From NCBI GenBank assembly GCA_046563655.1, contig CM102284.1, forward strand, positions 3,658,001-3,722,000: a stretch of DNA of 64,000 nt, read 5' to 3'. The notes under the pieces are model-generated. The model made no database searches, was not told the origin of the DNA, and saw only the letters and a program-made list of their open reading frames with translations. The translations under genes and the position numbers were made by a program. Position 1 is the stretch's first letter. Each line of letters starts with the position of its first letter. Positions 26,601 through 38,600 of this stretch are shown here, one piece after another. The DNA is from Yuukianura sp. NJ FZ-2021. Taxonomy: Eukaryota.

Positions 26601-29600
26601 GTGTCACAATGGGCTGAAAAAAGTAAATATTTTAAAATTGTATAAATTAATACGTAAAGATTTCATATTTTTCTCATATTTTGCAAAACACATTGCTGTA
26701 AAAACATGACTTTCACTTCCCTCAAATTCAAAAACAGAAAATAAAGAAAAAAACTTAAATCCAGGTTGAAGCATTTTTCAAAAAATAATCTCAACGAAAA
26801 GTGCTAAACCGAGTTACTTTAATCACATCGTTGTAAGTTTAGCAGAGCAAACGTGCGTATGTGCAATGAACTTTGACATGACTTATTAGGTCCGCCCGTC
26901 CAATTTAATATCCGCTTCACTTTTCTTTGTCCAAAAAACTCCCGGGTTTTTGCGAATTGCACCTCAACGCAATATGTCATCCTTGAACATAATATTGAGA
27001 GGGAGAGAGACTGTGACTGAGGGCCCATCGATCAAGTCATTAATCAAGCTCATGTCACTGCCTACCTTCCAAACATCTATTTTTAACCAGAGGGTCAAAG
27101 GTTACGCCAAAGGTTACACTCTTCAACAACAATAGCTTTCGATCCAGCTTCAGCCTCACTGCTTACATTTTTAGTAACACAACAATAGATATTTGTGAGA
27201 AAGTTTAACAAACCGCCCCGTTTCGACCGAGATCCACTTAAGTATTCTTTTCATTTTTCACACCTTGGTGCTTAGAATATCCAGAGCAGCAGAATTATGA
27301 GTGGGATTAGCATAACTAAAAAACTGAAGCTGCATTTTATGCAGACCCTTCCCATGCTACATTCAATTAGTTCAGCAGACCTCATATAAATTCAAGGACA
27401 GTCCAAGCATGTTCCTTGTCCAGAGTCCAGGTTACTCCAGCTCTCCAGATTCTGTGTGCATGGAGTGGTATGGGGTACAGTAGGATTTTAGTGCAATTGT
27501 TATTACGAAGATTTAAGTGTACAGTTGAAAATTCTGGAGGGCTCTCATCGATTTTCTTGATTTTATTATTCGAGGGGGGCTGGAAAGTGAAAGCAAAGAG
27601 AAAGTTCTGCCTCGTTCCGCACAGAGAAAGCCTGCACAAGCTAATTTCTTTCGTCCAGAATCCACCCACTACTGTACTATAAGGACTCCAGTCGAGTTCT
27701 CTCCAGTTGTGAATTTTAGGGGGTGGGGGTGGTTCTGGACGGGGGGAGGGAAGGGTGGGTACACGCCTTAACATAGTATAGTATACTAGGAACTCTGCTG
27801 TACTTCACGCTGGAAGGTTGAACTGGAGTAGTGAAAGCATGGGGCTCCATTGATTTTCCATTCGGACGTTATTCTAATGTATTTGGACTTGGCTGGAGGG
27901 AGAAGCGTAGTAGATTACCAAAAATTGGGCCCCGTCCCCACCTCTGCTTCACCTCCCCCTGTTGTAAGCTTTCGATTTTGCGCCATTTTAGACTTGGTGA
28001 GAATCCTTTGTAATTATATAAAATTAGGCTTGCATATATTTAAATACATAAATAAATTGAGAACAAAACGAAACGACTAAAACGGGAAAACATCTAAGAG
28101 GCTCATAGGCAGTAACCAGACACTCATGGACGGTCACTGAAAGACTTTACGCTTGTGGCACAGTGACTTTTGAATATTTTTGTGTTATGTTGGCTGGTTT
28201 CTGTATCTCTATAAGTGTAATGTCCTTAAGGGCCGGTTCGTAAGAACAGCGGATCATAAGTGAGCGTTCAGAAGTGTCAGGGAATCAGCATACTAACAGG
28301 GTAGGCCGAGAGCTGGGTAATCCAGTTAGAAGGTTCCTAAATAAATAACATACAAAAAACCAGGTGTGAATCTCCTCCACTTTCCTCTGCAACTAATTAC
28401 TTTCTACTCGCATGCGCATAATTTGAAATTTCAAATTTTTCTGAAAAAATATATTCAAAAAGTTTTCGAAAAATGGAATTCTATCGGCCAGTTTAATACG
28501 CTCTGAGAACGAACTTAACTGGAATTCGGGGTAGGGTGAAAACAGTGCTTTCGGGGGTTAATTTTAAAGCGGTGTAAAAGTGATTCGAAAGATTTTCCTG
28601 AAGATGTAGTCAAGAAAATTTCTTTGAAAATTTTTGAAAATTCTAAAATCTGAAAAATGTGAAGGGGGTAACTGTAGCAGTTTATAAAAAGGGGAGAGAT
28701 GAGGATTGGAGCAACAGCTACTATATGCATTAATGGAGTTGGATGTTAATCGTAACCAGGCATTAACGGACGGTCACTAACGGCCCGATATACTAACGGA
28801 CGGTCACGAACGGACGGTCACTAACGGACGTTCACTAACGGACGGTCCCGAACGGACGTTCACTAACGGACGGTCACCAACGGACGGTCACTAACGGACG
28901 GTCACCAACGGACGGGCACCAACGGACGGTCACCAATGGACACATACTCTAATGGATACTTACTCTAACGGACGGTCACTAATGGACATTGACACCTTGT
29001 TTCAGTCACTGAAAATTTACAAATTTTTGAAACGCAGCGACAATAAAGTCGGCTCTGAATTCAAGTTGGCAACATTATTTACTAATTAATTCAGTGAATC
29101 TGCTTTAATTTTCCCGCGCCGAAGGCGCGGTGTTAGGTTATAAAAATTGGCAGTTGTGATTAGGTTGTAGGTTAGGTTAATTAACTTAGGCTATTGCCGC
29201 TAAGTTCAGAAATCAGTTAATTTTCAGTGACTGAAGCAACGTGTGTCAACGTCCATTAGTGACCGTGTCCACTAGAGTAAGTGTCCATTAGAGTATGTGT
29301 CCATTGATGACCGTCCGTTAGTGCCCGTCCGTTGGTGACCGTCCGTTAGTGCCCGTCCGTTGGTGACCGTCCGTTAGTGAACGTCCGTTAGTGACCGTCC
29401 GTTCGTGACCGTCCGTTAGTGACCGTCCGTTCGTGACCGTCCGTTAGTATATCGGGCCGTTAGTGACTGTCCGTTCGAGTCCGGGAATCATGTTAATTAT
29501 TAATGGAATTATGCTTGTCTAAAAGGTGCGAGGAGCATGGTTCCTTCCGTCCCATTTGATTTCCAAGTTGACACGAGCATGACAAGGACAAGAGCTGACT

Positions 29601-32600
29601 TGGATTGGACCTGATTATGATTTGGACATGAACATGGTCCATGGCACTTCCAAAATTCAATTCCATCCGACTATGTATAACTACTACTGAACTGCCCCCA
29701 TGGAACCAGTTGAATCCTCCTGTTTTTAATACCCTCTCGCACTAACGTCGCAACGAACAATAAAAAGCGTCATTTAATTTCCTCTCCCGAACCAACGAAC
29801 CGTCACATCAAAATTGGCAACTGTCCGACTCACTCTTCCCTACAATTCTTACTCGGACGGAACAAAAAATTATGGATCTCGTTCCATTGAATCCAGAAAC
29901 TACATTTATCTCATTATGTCCAGCTCTAGCTAATCGTAGAGGTCAACTGGCTCTGACAGGTCACTCTGTGACCTTCTGACCTGCGCTCAAAAACTGCTCA
30001 AAAAGCGACTTCGAGACAAACAACATTGTAAATTTTAGAAACAAGGGAAAGAGAAAGTTGATGGAATGAAAATAACAAAAAAAAGTTTTTTTTTGAAAAT
30101 TATAAAGAAAGTTTTAAAAATTATAACGAGCAAACAGCAGAAAATGATTATTTCTTTTATGAAATTGAAATTTTGAATGTTTTCGAAACTTCTTTAAAGA
30201 AAAGAGTGAAGGACAAATTCACAATATAGAATACAATCACCTTCCACCATCAAGCGGAAAGTACAAATTCTTGTTTGATAAAATTTTGAACGCTGTTAAG
30301 AACTGCCTGCACATTGCGCAACTTTTTCAGCTTTTTTCCTGTTGTTGTTGCGCATATTTTTTCCAGACTTTCTCCCTTCCTTGTTTTTCCTGTGTAACTT
30401 TAATTCTGAATTGTTTTAAAGTTCTCTCGAGTGCTGTTTGCGCAATCTTAACTGTCTGTCATTAAGATATAAGGTTTCCTCCCTTCCAAAACAAGGAAAC
30501 AGCCCATGGCTCCCCAGTCATAATTTACAGCAACGTGCTTCAACAGCGACATTTTACGTTTCTTTTTTTAAGTTTCTTGCTTTAACAAAAACTTTGAATG
30601 AATTGGATTAATCTTTGAAAAGTAAAAAGTTAAAAAATGTTTTAAGGTTGAAGAAGAGAGTTAAGAAGAAAGTGAAATGAGCCAAAAGATGCTGGATTTT
30701 TGAAGAGGGAAGAAGGAGGTGGGAGTATTATGGGATTATGGTCTTCTTCTCTCTTGGAAATTTCACATTTTGAATTTCATCAAAACCCATTAAAATTGAT
30801 TTATTACAATTCACAATTCAGTTCACAAAAAAATAACTTATAATACTTTTCACGTCCCGCGTCCTCCAAAACATTTTCCAACCCAGAAAAAGATGTCCAC
30901 TGTTCCGCTGCACGATAGAATCTCAATCTTTTACATTTTCTAACTTTTCAAAATTTCAACAAAAAATGAAGAATAACCAAATCCAAAAAATTTGGCGAAT
31001 GTAGAGCGCCCTCATGGAATTTATAACTTTAGAAATTTTAAAAAATCAGGAGGAAATTAAATTTAAAAAACTTACTGCCGTCGAAGCTGGACCAGAATTT
31101 GATTGTCTGCGCCTCCCATCCATGTTCAATTCAACTCACAATTTTGATACCTAAAATCAAAAACAAGAGTACTTAGCATTATATTTTCAAAATTTACATA
31201 TAATAATGTATTTTAAGTATACAAATGTTGTGTAATGGTTAAGCCTAGGCTGTTTAAAACAGAACAACTGTTTTTTTTTTAAATCTCAAAATGCGACGCG
31301 TCAACCGTGTTGTTTTAAATGAGAATTTTCTGGAGAGAAAGAATTTCAATTTTTCCCAATTAAAGTTTCAATTCGTTCGTTAATGAAAGTAGAAGGGATA
31401 TGGAGGGGATTTCGTGCCACGTTGCCCGTCTCTTCCTGAGGGAAGGAACATCAATCAATTCTCCACTTAATTTTAACGATGAGTCTAATTACTTTTCCTC
31501 AACTGAAAAAAAGAGGTTCGAAAGTCAACGAAACGTACAAAATCTGCTCTGCTCATGCTTATGCTTTTCCGTTTCCACAATTTGGCCATAATGGCCAGAG
31601 AAAGTTGAGTTCGTTCGTGGAAAGGCGCAGAGAAAGCAATAAACTACTAAATTGTCAGACGCACTGGGTACCATAATAAACTACGTTCGGCCGAGGGAAG
31701 CGATTGCTTTTTCCTAAAAAAAACAACGGTTTTGTCGTAGCGCTCCAGCGCTAGCGCTGCGGGAAGCTACGACCATAAACGCTTGAATCACAATCCAAAA
31801 TGTTTCGGCGCTGCGCTGGACGCTGCTGCATCCCCCTCCTCCGGAATGGCTTTTCTGTGTATGAATTTTTGAAAATGGGCGCTGTTTTCTCGAACGCTGG
31901 AATTCACGTCACGTGGATTCCAGTGCTCTCAACAGAGTAAGTGCATAATGATAAAGTCTGAAATGAAACATAATGGAAATGGCTAATCAATACTTTCCAG
32001 AACTCCACGCTTTCTGTTCAACTGCTGGTTAATCTGGCAGCAGGGAACAAAAGCTTTAGCTTTTGGCTTTAAGACTTTCATTTTGAAAGTTCATTTTCTA
32101 GCGCCGTTTTTTCTCTCAAAAAACTAAAAAACTTCAATTTCTCCAGTCGTTTTGTGAAACGAAGCTATAAATTTTCCGTGAGGATTTCTGAAGGAAATGG
32201 AGAACAATTGCATAAAGAAGTAGAGAAATTTCCATTGTGGACCAATAAAAATGGAGGGATTTGGAGCGTAGTAGAATGGAACAATACAATGGAGAGAAAA
32301 TTAGGATCGGAAGTGACGGAGTGACTTTTGAATCAAGACCAAGTTGAAAGTGGAGATGAAGTGGAAATTCAAATCCACCACTTTTACTATGGTCTCTTGT
32401 TCCTACTATTGATTTCCTGGACTGGACGACTGGAGTTAGTCCAGATGTGCTGGAATGGATCTGTCCAGTTCAATTCAAACCTCTTCAGTCCTTACAATGC
32501 AAATGGCAAGGGGGCCCTTGGTCAATTGACCAGACCTCATTAGAAAGTCTGCAAAGGGCCTCCCTCTGTCCAGGAATAAATTGACGTCAAGCAGAATCGA

Positions 32601-35600
32601 CCGAATTCTGCCTGGCTGAGGGCCAATTTGAAAGAATATTTGAAAGTTGCGTATCGATTGAAGTTGACGAACGGCAAATCACGAGAGAATCAGTGAATTT
32701 CTGGAAGTGACTTCCCTTATAGTTGTGCGTTTGGATCATTAGACAAAACAAAAGTGAAAGTGGTCAAATGTTGCAACTTTCTCTTTTTCAAAATGAAAGA
32801 TTCAAATTTTCAAAATTTAGAACATTCCATTCTGATTATTTCAAAAATCGTTGAATTCAGTAAGCAGAACAACGGTGGTAGGCATGATTTAGAATAAAAC
32901 CAGAATTTGGAAAATTCAAAAATTTAGACACAGCATTTTTGATTTCAAAACTAAAAAAATTTTTCGAAATTAAAAAAGTAATGTTCCTCTGCCGCACCAT
33001 CTGGCACAACTATGAGGGGGAAAATTTCCATTTTTTGCAAATTGTTTAATTTACACCTCCCTCCTTCCGTTTCTTATTTTACACTTCAAGGTACGTTTAG
33101 CATCTCAAAATTTTGTTGTGGTGCTTTGCAGTTTTGGTAGCTGCTGCTTTCCAAAGTTCGGCATAAGAATAAAGTCAATGGCTACTCATGCGAGGCAACA
33201 AATTCATGGAAAGTTTGTTCAACTAGAAAATTTGAGCAGTGGAAAAGAACGCCCAAATTTCAATCCCAAGCTATTTTTTGTACATCTAGAAAAATGGAAC
33301 AAAAAAAGCAGCCGAAGTTTAGCTTCATATGGAGGAAGACTTAAGGGTACGCAGGGCTCCTTTTCTGTTTTCATCTGTGAAGAAGAATCGATTGAGGAGA
33401 GATCCAGGAAGGCGTTAAGGTTTTATTTTCCTCTGCTTAAAATCCACGAATAAACCGAGTCATGCATAAGGAAATTCGAAATTTCCGAAACACAACATCA
33501 CCACAGTTTGGTCCATTATTCAAAATCCATAATCTAAAAACACATTTGAAGGAGCCAGTCAAAGAAGTGCCTCTACAAAATTTTGATTTTTAGAAAGTCG
33601 CGTCGCCAAGGCAATTTTTGAAAAAATTAACACTTTAATCGTAAAAACCGGCCACAAAATACGTTCTCCGAGTGAAATTCCATTTACTGAACAGATTTTT
33701 ATCAAAGTTACACACACATAACCGTATCATAAAAAACTTTTTCTGGAGAAATTACAAAGTTTTTCAAAAGTTCCTGAATGTTCTCATATTTCAAAGTTGT
33801 TACAGGGAGAAATCCAGAATACGCTGACGGAACCAAATTAAGCGTGTTACGTAAAAGACCAATGGTGACATTTCTCTTTCTAATGCGAAAAGGAATGTTG
33901 TAGGGTCCGGATGTTGTGTTTCTACAAGTTATGTCGCCATTGACGTCGCTTTTGAATCCCTTGAAAGCACGTATTCCCACTGGAGGCCGCAGTAGAGGCT
34001 TCAAAGCCGACTTGAAGTCAAGTACGGTTACGATTTCTGTTCCGTCACCACACAGGTTGTCAGTAAGTGGATGCTCAATGTACGCAATTTGAAACGGCAT
34101 GGATGGTTGGGCCTTTTTCAGCAATGAAAGCCAGTCCGATGGAAATAGAAATTTGTCTTCTTTCTTCTTTAGTTTTTCAATCCGTGCAAAATCGCGGTCA
34201 CAAGGCATCCGGCTGTGTCCGACGACAGGAAACGACATCAAAACTTCTTCGAATCTAGTCCCTAGGGATGATAGGTAGGCAATCAAGTATTGGTTTTTGT
34301 TTTGGCCGCCAGAATTATCAGAAAAAAGGTGCAGTTTAGTAACTGCAGGTCCAAGTTTTGTATCGATGTAGTGTTGTAGAGCTGAGATAACTTCATTTGG
34401 ACCTTTCTTTGCATATGTTTCGGCATAAACATACATTGTGGCACTTCCATCTCGTAGATTGTGTATGCAAAAGTTGTATATCCAAAGTTGCCGACTAAAG
34501 AATTCGCGTGTGACGTTAGTTACTGGCAGTGGTAGATTCTTCTCAAAATCGAAACATAGACATGCGGTGTCATTTGGTAACTGAGATATCTTGTCTTTGG
34601 AAATTGACTTGTAGAATTCTTCTGCCGCGGTCAAGTGATCTTCATGTGCCAGTTTGAGCAACGCTAATTTTTGTTGGTCGTTTTCTATTTCCGCCGATTT
34701 TTGCTCCGCGGCATTATGCTCACAAGTCTCACATATGTCGGACCTGGGATACCCAAATGAAATGTTGAATTCAGTGTTGAATATTTTCTCAAATAGCCAC
34801 TTCTTTGCTCCAAGACGTCCTGTGTTGGGCAGTTGGACAGCGGTTGGACTATGCTCTGGATGTTGAGTGATGAACTCATTGTACAACGCAGAAATTGAAA
34901 GATTTGACTCCAAATACGTTCTGCTGGGATTATCTTGTCTTGAATAATGAGACGTTCTAGGTTTTAGACTTCCTAGAAACGAGCGAATGGCGAGTGTGAC
35001 GTCTGCGGGGACACTTTCGTGATGACCATGCTTTCCTCGTCCGTCGCGAACGCTAGTTTCCAAATTCAGCACCTGAAATCAACACACCGTATATAAATAA
35101 AATGACCTTTAGTTGTTTCTGTGTCCCATTACGTTAAAGCTTAACCTATAAACATGATTTTGCTTGGCATTGTATTAAACTGATGGCAAGTGTGAAACTA
35201 ACGCTATTTATGTCAAGATAAGTTTATGTTATACGTTAACTTAATGTAACTTTATTTTGAATGTTAAGTTAAGGATAGGTCAAAGTTTAGTTAAAGTTAT
35301 GTTATGTTGAAGGTTAACAATGTTAGTTTGTTAAATGTTAAGTTAAAATTATATTATGTTGAATGCTAGTTAATGTAAGTTGATGTAACTCTATGTTGAA
35401 TGTTAAGTTAAGGTTAGGTTATAAGTTAAGTTAAAGTTATATTATGTTGAAGGTTAACAATGTTAGTTTGTTAAATGTTAAGTTAAAATTATATTATGTT
35501 GAATGCTAGTTAATGTAAGTTAATGTAACTCTATGTTAAATGTTAAGTTAAGGTTAGGTTATAATAAGTTAAACTTAAAGCTAAATTTTAACACTTTGGC

Positions 35601-38600
35601 CTATGTTCAACTTTGAAAGTACAACCACGAGCTCGGCGCGGCAGAAAGGTCACCTGCTAGTTATGAAATACTTAAACACTTGACATTATAATATTGACTT
35701 GCCTTTCGTCTGAGCCTAGAACGTTTGATGTCCAGCAGGGCGAGAAGGAACTTTTGACACACTTGGATTGTACCATTGCCAGGATTCAGATGATAGACAT
35801 TAGAATGTGCGTTATTTCCATTTCCCGTATTTACAACGCAGCCTCTCAAGAAAAGTGTCTGCTCTTCGTGGTTTTGTAGGGCTCGATAGGCCTGAAACAT
35901 TGAGTCCATCTCATGTTGCGTAAACTTGTCCAGGCATCTGGGGTCACACGTACACTGGTATTCTCTTCTCTCTTTGGTTGGAACAACGGCACCATGCTTG
36001 TCAATGTGAGGCTTTCCTACAACCCAGAAGAGACAAAATCGTTAATTTTTTGAAGCGAACTTTTACAATGACATTCTCACCTCCAATTCTAGCGAGTTTA
36101 TTGGTGGTTTGTTTCCAAAGTTGTGGTTGTCGGACTCGTTTCTTGGGTCTTTGAATTGGATATTGTGGTGGTAAGACGGCGACATTTTGTACCTGTTTGT
36201 GACAAATTTGAGTATCAGCTTTGTTATTGCAGGTTATGGTTATGTTTTCAGGCTTACGTTGGCCATATCTTCAAGGGTTAGTAGTAGTGCGATTGGTAGT
36301 CCTGTTTCGGTAAGGTGTATACAAAACGATAACGATTAACTTCCTAAAGTATCAAATTGTCAATCGAAACACCGCATAGGGTAACCGAATTTTACAAAAT
36401 TGAAATGATAAGAAACGAAGAGGTTTAAGACGGTCTGCCAAAAACATACTTTAACTCTTAACATATAACCATTTCCAGTGAATTACGGCTGGGCAAAGCT
36501 CTGAAATCTATTTGGAATTAGGTAAAATAATCGTTTTAGCGTTTCATTTACTCACTAATGATTAATTAGTGCTTTAAAATATTATTGTTGTAATTTTCAA
36601 GCGTAAGTGATGAATGCGCAAAATTTTAATTGTTGCTATCAACAACTAAAATTAGTAATCAACAAAATTCTAGAGGCACTTCTTTGACTGGCCCCTTCAT
36701 TTGAGATTTGTCGTAGATGCAAAAAAAAAAACCGAATCTAAACAATTCTAACAAAATGAGCAACCAGCCAACTCCAAATTCAAAATTATATGAATTTTAT
36801 TAGTCTTTTTAGTTTTGCATCGTAGGAATATTTTGAAGGTTAGGTTAATCATTCTTAACTTTTCGAGAAATAATTTCGAAATTCTGAGAATTTTTGGAAA
36901 AAGATGTGTAAGGCATGGAGGCATGATTTCTTGAGGACTCGAGAAAAATGTATCCTCGAGTTCATCATCAAATCCTGAATTTAGTGCAACTCTTCACGAA
37001 TTCAATTTTTTAAACACGTTTTTCCGCGTATTAAACATGAGAAAATTGTTTTAAAAAAGGAAACATTGATTTTGGAACTCCCGAAGCCCCCAAACGTAAT
37101 TCTAATATGCCTTCACATCTCTTCGACGTCATTTGAAATCCGAAATGTCAAAGGTCACTTTCTGCTTTGCTTTTAGAAAGCATGGGAATAATTCGTCATT
37201 AGAGGATGAGGGAGCCCTTAAGTCCTTCCGGACTTCCACACAAAAAGGTAACACGTAAGAAAAGGTTTGGTCCGGAAACTGTAAGATTCTGAATGATAAA
37301 TCACTTTGTGCAAAAGAAAGTCAAGGGATCCAAGGGAAAAAGGAAACGTAATTTAACATGGTCCATATTTCATCTTCATACGATTACTTCTGGAACGAGC
37401 CCTGGGAAAATATCTAACCTAAATAACATATCCTTAATACTTGGCTTGCTGGTACCTACCAAATTTCCAATTTCTTTGTTCAGTTCAAAACATGGTTTCA
37501 TTTTTCAAAATTTTGAGTTTGACAAAGTCTGTTCTTCAAAAAATCCAGTTTCTCTAAAAATTAAAATCGACCAAGAGCTGGAAGCTCCTGGTAATCCACG
37601 ACTAATTACAAAGTCCAGAAGAAGCACGAGGAAACTGGAAATTCAATTTAAGTTGGAAGCTTCCCTTTGGCATTGTGTTTTCAATGGAATCAATATCAGA
37701 CCCACCCGCATCTCGTGGGGCCACAAACCCTTCGTGGATGCTGGTGGGGCCATCTTATTAACTGAGACAATGGAAGGTTCTAAAGCTCTAGCTTTAGCTA
37801 TTGGTAAATTGGGAGCTTCTAGCAAAATCCGGGCGGTGACGGTGGGACCAAAGTGGGCTCCCACAAGATAGTCAAACTTAATTTCAAATTTTAAAGAACA
37901 AGAAGAAGTGAAAGTCTTGATTAGTAAAAGCAAATCCTGGCACAGATTTTGGCCACTGTCAATTAATTTTCAAAAAAAAAATCTCATAAAAATTCAAAAT
38001 CGAAAAGCAAAATTTTAAGAAAATTTTCTCTCTACTCTCTCCGAAATATGCTTGGAATAAATTCATGAGACTTTCAAATCAATAACACTGTTGATTAAAA
38101 TTGCTAAAATTTTCTGTAAAATAAAATAATACTCCCGTTCCTCCTGCTTTTGATTTGAAACTAAAAACTGAAATTGGATTTGGGATCTTTTGAAGCTGAT
38201 TCCAATTTTCGGAATTGCATTTTGTCTGAAACAACTTGAAAGTTGGTTTTGCTCCAATTTTGATTCTTAAATTCCCAACTACAAACCAAAACCTTCATTA
38301 ATTCCGTCAAACCAATTTGTGCCGTGCTGCAGTTAATTACTTCCCAAATTCCACCTTCCATCTATTTCCACTTGTACTAACCTTCGTCTGCGCAGAAGAT
38401 GAGGATCACGGATGCGTTGAGATTTCAAATCAGCGAGATTGCCCTTGGGCAACTTACTACTTCCTCTAAAATGAAAACCCCAAGTTGTTAAAATGAATTA
38501 ACTTAATTAATAATTGAAAGTATGGACGTAACAACAGTTCCTGGAAGGAATCCAACACAGCATTCCCACGCTTCTCCGAAAAAAAATTAAGAATTGTGTA

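Larger units (their letters stand above)
33548..36698 (-). mobile_element. Autonomous DNA transposon, Sola (Sola1-like), 3151 bp
   Basis: 28-bp TIRs GAAGG(A/G)GCCAGTCAAAGAAGTGCCTCTA at 33548-33575 and 36671-36698 (1 mismatch). 4-bp TSD ATTT at 33544-33547 and 36699-36702, fitting the AWWT target of Sola1. Contains a transposase gene. Confidence 0.88.

Noticed and set aside
20933-26645. Many plus-strand ORFs overlapping TET exons
   Set aside because: Antisense shadows of GC-richer, low-complexity coding sequence.
28764-29475. CRISPR-like appearance of the repeat arrays
   Set aside because: Eukaryotic context, contiguous 14-bp units without unique spacers, and an inverted arrangement with a TSD indicate a foldback TE.
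37293-37933. 192-aa (+) and 96-aa (-) ORFs in the TET intron
   Set aside because: No motifs, composition resembles translated AT-rich intron, and no convincing splice context.
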